Source: Squalus acanthias (Eukaryota). From it: a stretch of DNA of 64,000 nt. A program made the translations under genes and the position numbers. Location of the stretch: positions 111,354,001 to 111,418,000 of the forward strand of contig CM059432.1 of the NCBI GenBank assembly GCA_030390025.1, in the 5' to 3' direction. The notes below the pieces were generated by a model. That model was not told the origin of the DNA and ran no database searches. It worked only from the letters and a program-made list of their open reading frames with translations. This document shows positions 61,646 to 64,000 of this stretch, one piece after another (position 1 is the stretch's first letter; each line of letters starts with the position of its first letter).

Positions 61646-63300
61646 CACCCTGCCAGTAATGACCTCCTGAATTTACCCGGCGCTCAGAGGGCGGGTTTGG
61701 AGGCGGGTCCGCTGTCAAAATTCAAAAGACTGACAGCGGGGCGGTATCTTGCTCTGTACCTTGAGTTTCCCAGGTGCTGGCTCTGCCTGCGCTTTGCAGA
61801 CCCTGCGCTTTGCAGACCCGGCACTAAGTGGCGGGACATGCAATTCTGCTAGTTAAGAGGATGTTTAAAGCAATTTAATCACCATTTTACCAGGCACAAA
61901 GCATTTTCCCAAGTTTTTCACGAGGTTCCCGTTGCCAGGTAAGTGTGTCGGGTTTTAAACAACTCCCCATTTATGTGAATAGGTGACAGCTGCAAAAGTG
62001 GTCTAAAAGCTACTATTTCACAGCTGGTCACTTTCCAATCTTAGAGGTTGGATCCTTCAGGATTTGGAATACACTTTTCAGCTTTATAGAGATTTGAAGT
62101 GTTTTGAGCAAACTCTCTATCCACTGTCACCTCCTTGGAGCAACCATTGACATCGCTTCTGTCATCTCAACTTCAGTTGCCGGCTATTCCATCAGCATGG
62201 TTACCCTTGCACAATTCTCACCTTGGTCCTCAGAGTTCCACCATGATCAGCCCCAACACCAGCAACACCAACCTTCTCCGCAGTCACCTGATGCTGCACA
62301 GGACACGGCATCAGCACCCGACCACATTGCTGCCCAGGAGGCCAGGGATGGCCTCACCATGGCCAGATTTACTTCACTTGACGCTGTACACCCTGGCTGC
62401 CACATGATGCGCCAGGTTGGCACCACCCCACGCCAACACCATAAAGCATCCCTACAATGCCCAAGCCATTCCTTTCACACTCATCACCATTGCGGGGGGG
62501 GGTACCGTTATGTCTCACCATTCACTGCAACTCACTAAGCCACTTCCAAAGGTGCACACAAATCTCTTCAAGAAGGCAAATTGGTGACAAAGATTTAATT
62601 GTTTGACAACACATTAACAGAAACTTTATATGAACATTGGCGATAACACCCAACTGCTTACCCTTGTGTGTTGTTAGTTGGTATGATTGGACAAGGATGA
62701 GGGTGAGTGTGAGGGGTGGCTAGTGAGAAGGGGATGTGATAATGTAGGTAGAGGGAGATGGGTGGAGGTGTAAGGTAAGTTGGTGTGAGTAAGGATGTGC
62801 AGGAGTAGGGTAGGGAAGGTAGAGTGATGGGGATGTGATGAGTGGCACAGCAGGGTGAGGTTCAGTGTGGCTTGGCAGTAACGTTTTGTGATCTACTGAG
62901 ATCATTGAAAGGTTTGTGCCACTGCAGCCTGGTCCTCCTGACGACATCCCTGCTTGTGACCTCCTGTGCAATGTGCAACCAGGCTGCGTTGGTGTCCTGG
63001 GGAGGTGTCTTCCACCCATTGGAAGGGAAGAGAACCTCCCTGCGTGCTGTGACTTCCCTCCATAAGCATATGGAGGGAGTCATGGGAGAGCCTGGGTGCA
63101 GCCGTGCACCTTTGTACAGTGCTTGTTAGTGTTTGCAGCACCACAATGCTGCAGAACACTGACAGCACAAATGTTAAAATGAATGTGGACATGGCCCCTT
63201 TAAGGAAACCGGCTGATAACACGTCATCAGATGACATCATCAGACCCACTTCCTATTAATTGGCCGGGAACCTCGCAGGGCGGACTTAACAAGCCCCATC
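61646..63300. mobile_element. Deleted Harbinger element retaining a Myb/SANT-like domain (- strand 62862-63110)
   Basis: EVTARREVLFPSNG...AAWLHIAQEVTSRDVVRRTRLQWHKPFNDL matches the Harbinger Myb/SANT partner pattern. Confidence 0.72.
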
Positions 63301-63404
63301 AACAGAATCAAGTCAGGATGATGTGTGACTTGGATGTGATCCCATGCGCCTGCTGCCCTTGTCCATCTAGGTGGTAGAGGTCGCGGGTTTGGGCGGTGCT
63401 GTCG

Positions 63405-63820
63405 ATGTGGTGAACGGTTGTTTTTCAGACTGGAGGAAAATAGACAGTGATGTCCCCCAGAGGTTGATATTAAGACCACTTTTCTTTTTGATATATATTA
63501 ATGACCTGGACTTTGGTATACAGGGCATAATTTCAAAGTTTGCGGATGACACGAAATTCAAAAAGGTACTAAACAGTGAGGATGATAGCAGACTTCTGGA
63601 GGAGGTAGACAGAATGGGCTGACACATGGCAGATTAAATTTAATGCAGAGATGTGTGAAGTGATGCATTGAGGAGAGTCAATATCAAGTAAACAGTACAA
63701 TTTTAAAGGGGGTGCAGGAACAGAGAGACCTGGGGGTGTATGTACACAAATCTTTAAAGGTGGCAGTACAAGTTGATGAGGCTGTTAAAGCGTATGAGAT
63801 CCTTGGCTTTATAAATAGAG
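63405..63820 (+). mobile_element. CR1 RT fragment
   Basis: YINDLD...SKFADDTK. Confidence 0.88.
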
Positions 63821-63866
63821 AGAAGTCGCACAACACCAGGTTATAGTCCAACAGTTTTATTTGAAA

Positions 63867-63904
63867 TCACGAGCTTTCGGAGCGGCTGCTCCTTCGTCAG
63901 GTGA
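63867..63904 (-). ncRNA. Minimal type I hammerhead ribozyme in a Penelope terminal repeat (element 63820 to window end)
   Basis: UCAC CUGACGA A GGAGC AGCC GCUCC GAAA GCUC GUGA: stem I UCAC/GUGA, 5-bp stem II, CUC triplet. Confidence 0.85.
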
Positions 63905-64000
63905 AGTAAAGGAATACAAAATCGACAAAACATATATAGATAGAGAACAATGCATGTGTAACTTACAATGGCAGACGACTACATTCAATCCTCCTGACTG

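Overview
Eukaryotic, repeat-dominated vertebrate DNA, most likely from a shark or other cartilaginous fish. The inference rests on the mix of CR1 and L2 LINEs, V-domain tRNA-SINEs with CR1 tails, Deu-domain-like SINEs, Penelope-like elements and PIF/Harbinger derivatives. Most of the window is nested, decayed transposons, and nearly all ORF-track entries are TE fragments or noise. Host-gene content has two parts. (1) The first three coding exons of a + strand gene (32366-32440, 41054-41228, 52486-52557) splice in phase into an N-terminally membrane-anchored alpha/beta-hydrolase-like protein that continues beyond the window. (2) A weaker candidate - strand spliced gene has its 3' end at about 4.1-5.8 kb and possible upstream exons at 19.0-19.6 kb and 26.2 kb. 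Most notable non-coding signals: three intact and one degenerate minimal hammerhead ribozymes in Penelope terminal repeats (two copies show a compensatory base-pair change; one lies about 280 bp upstream of the hydrolase ATG inside an inverted-repeat mini-insertion); 3'-tail replacement or duplication in a SINE subfamily and a CR1 subfamily; a ~1 kb inverted CR1 pair bracketing exon 2; a CpG-rich 1.4 kb solo-LTR-like insert; and a possible decayed retroviral-like remnant at 47.6-48.8 kb. There are no prokaryotic systems or CRISPR arrays. I found no unambiguous wholly new system. All calls were made by eye without database searches, and most repeat boundaries are approximate.
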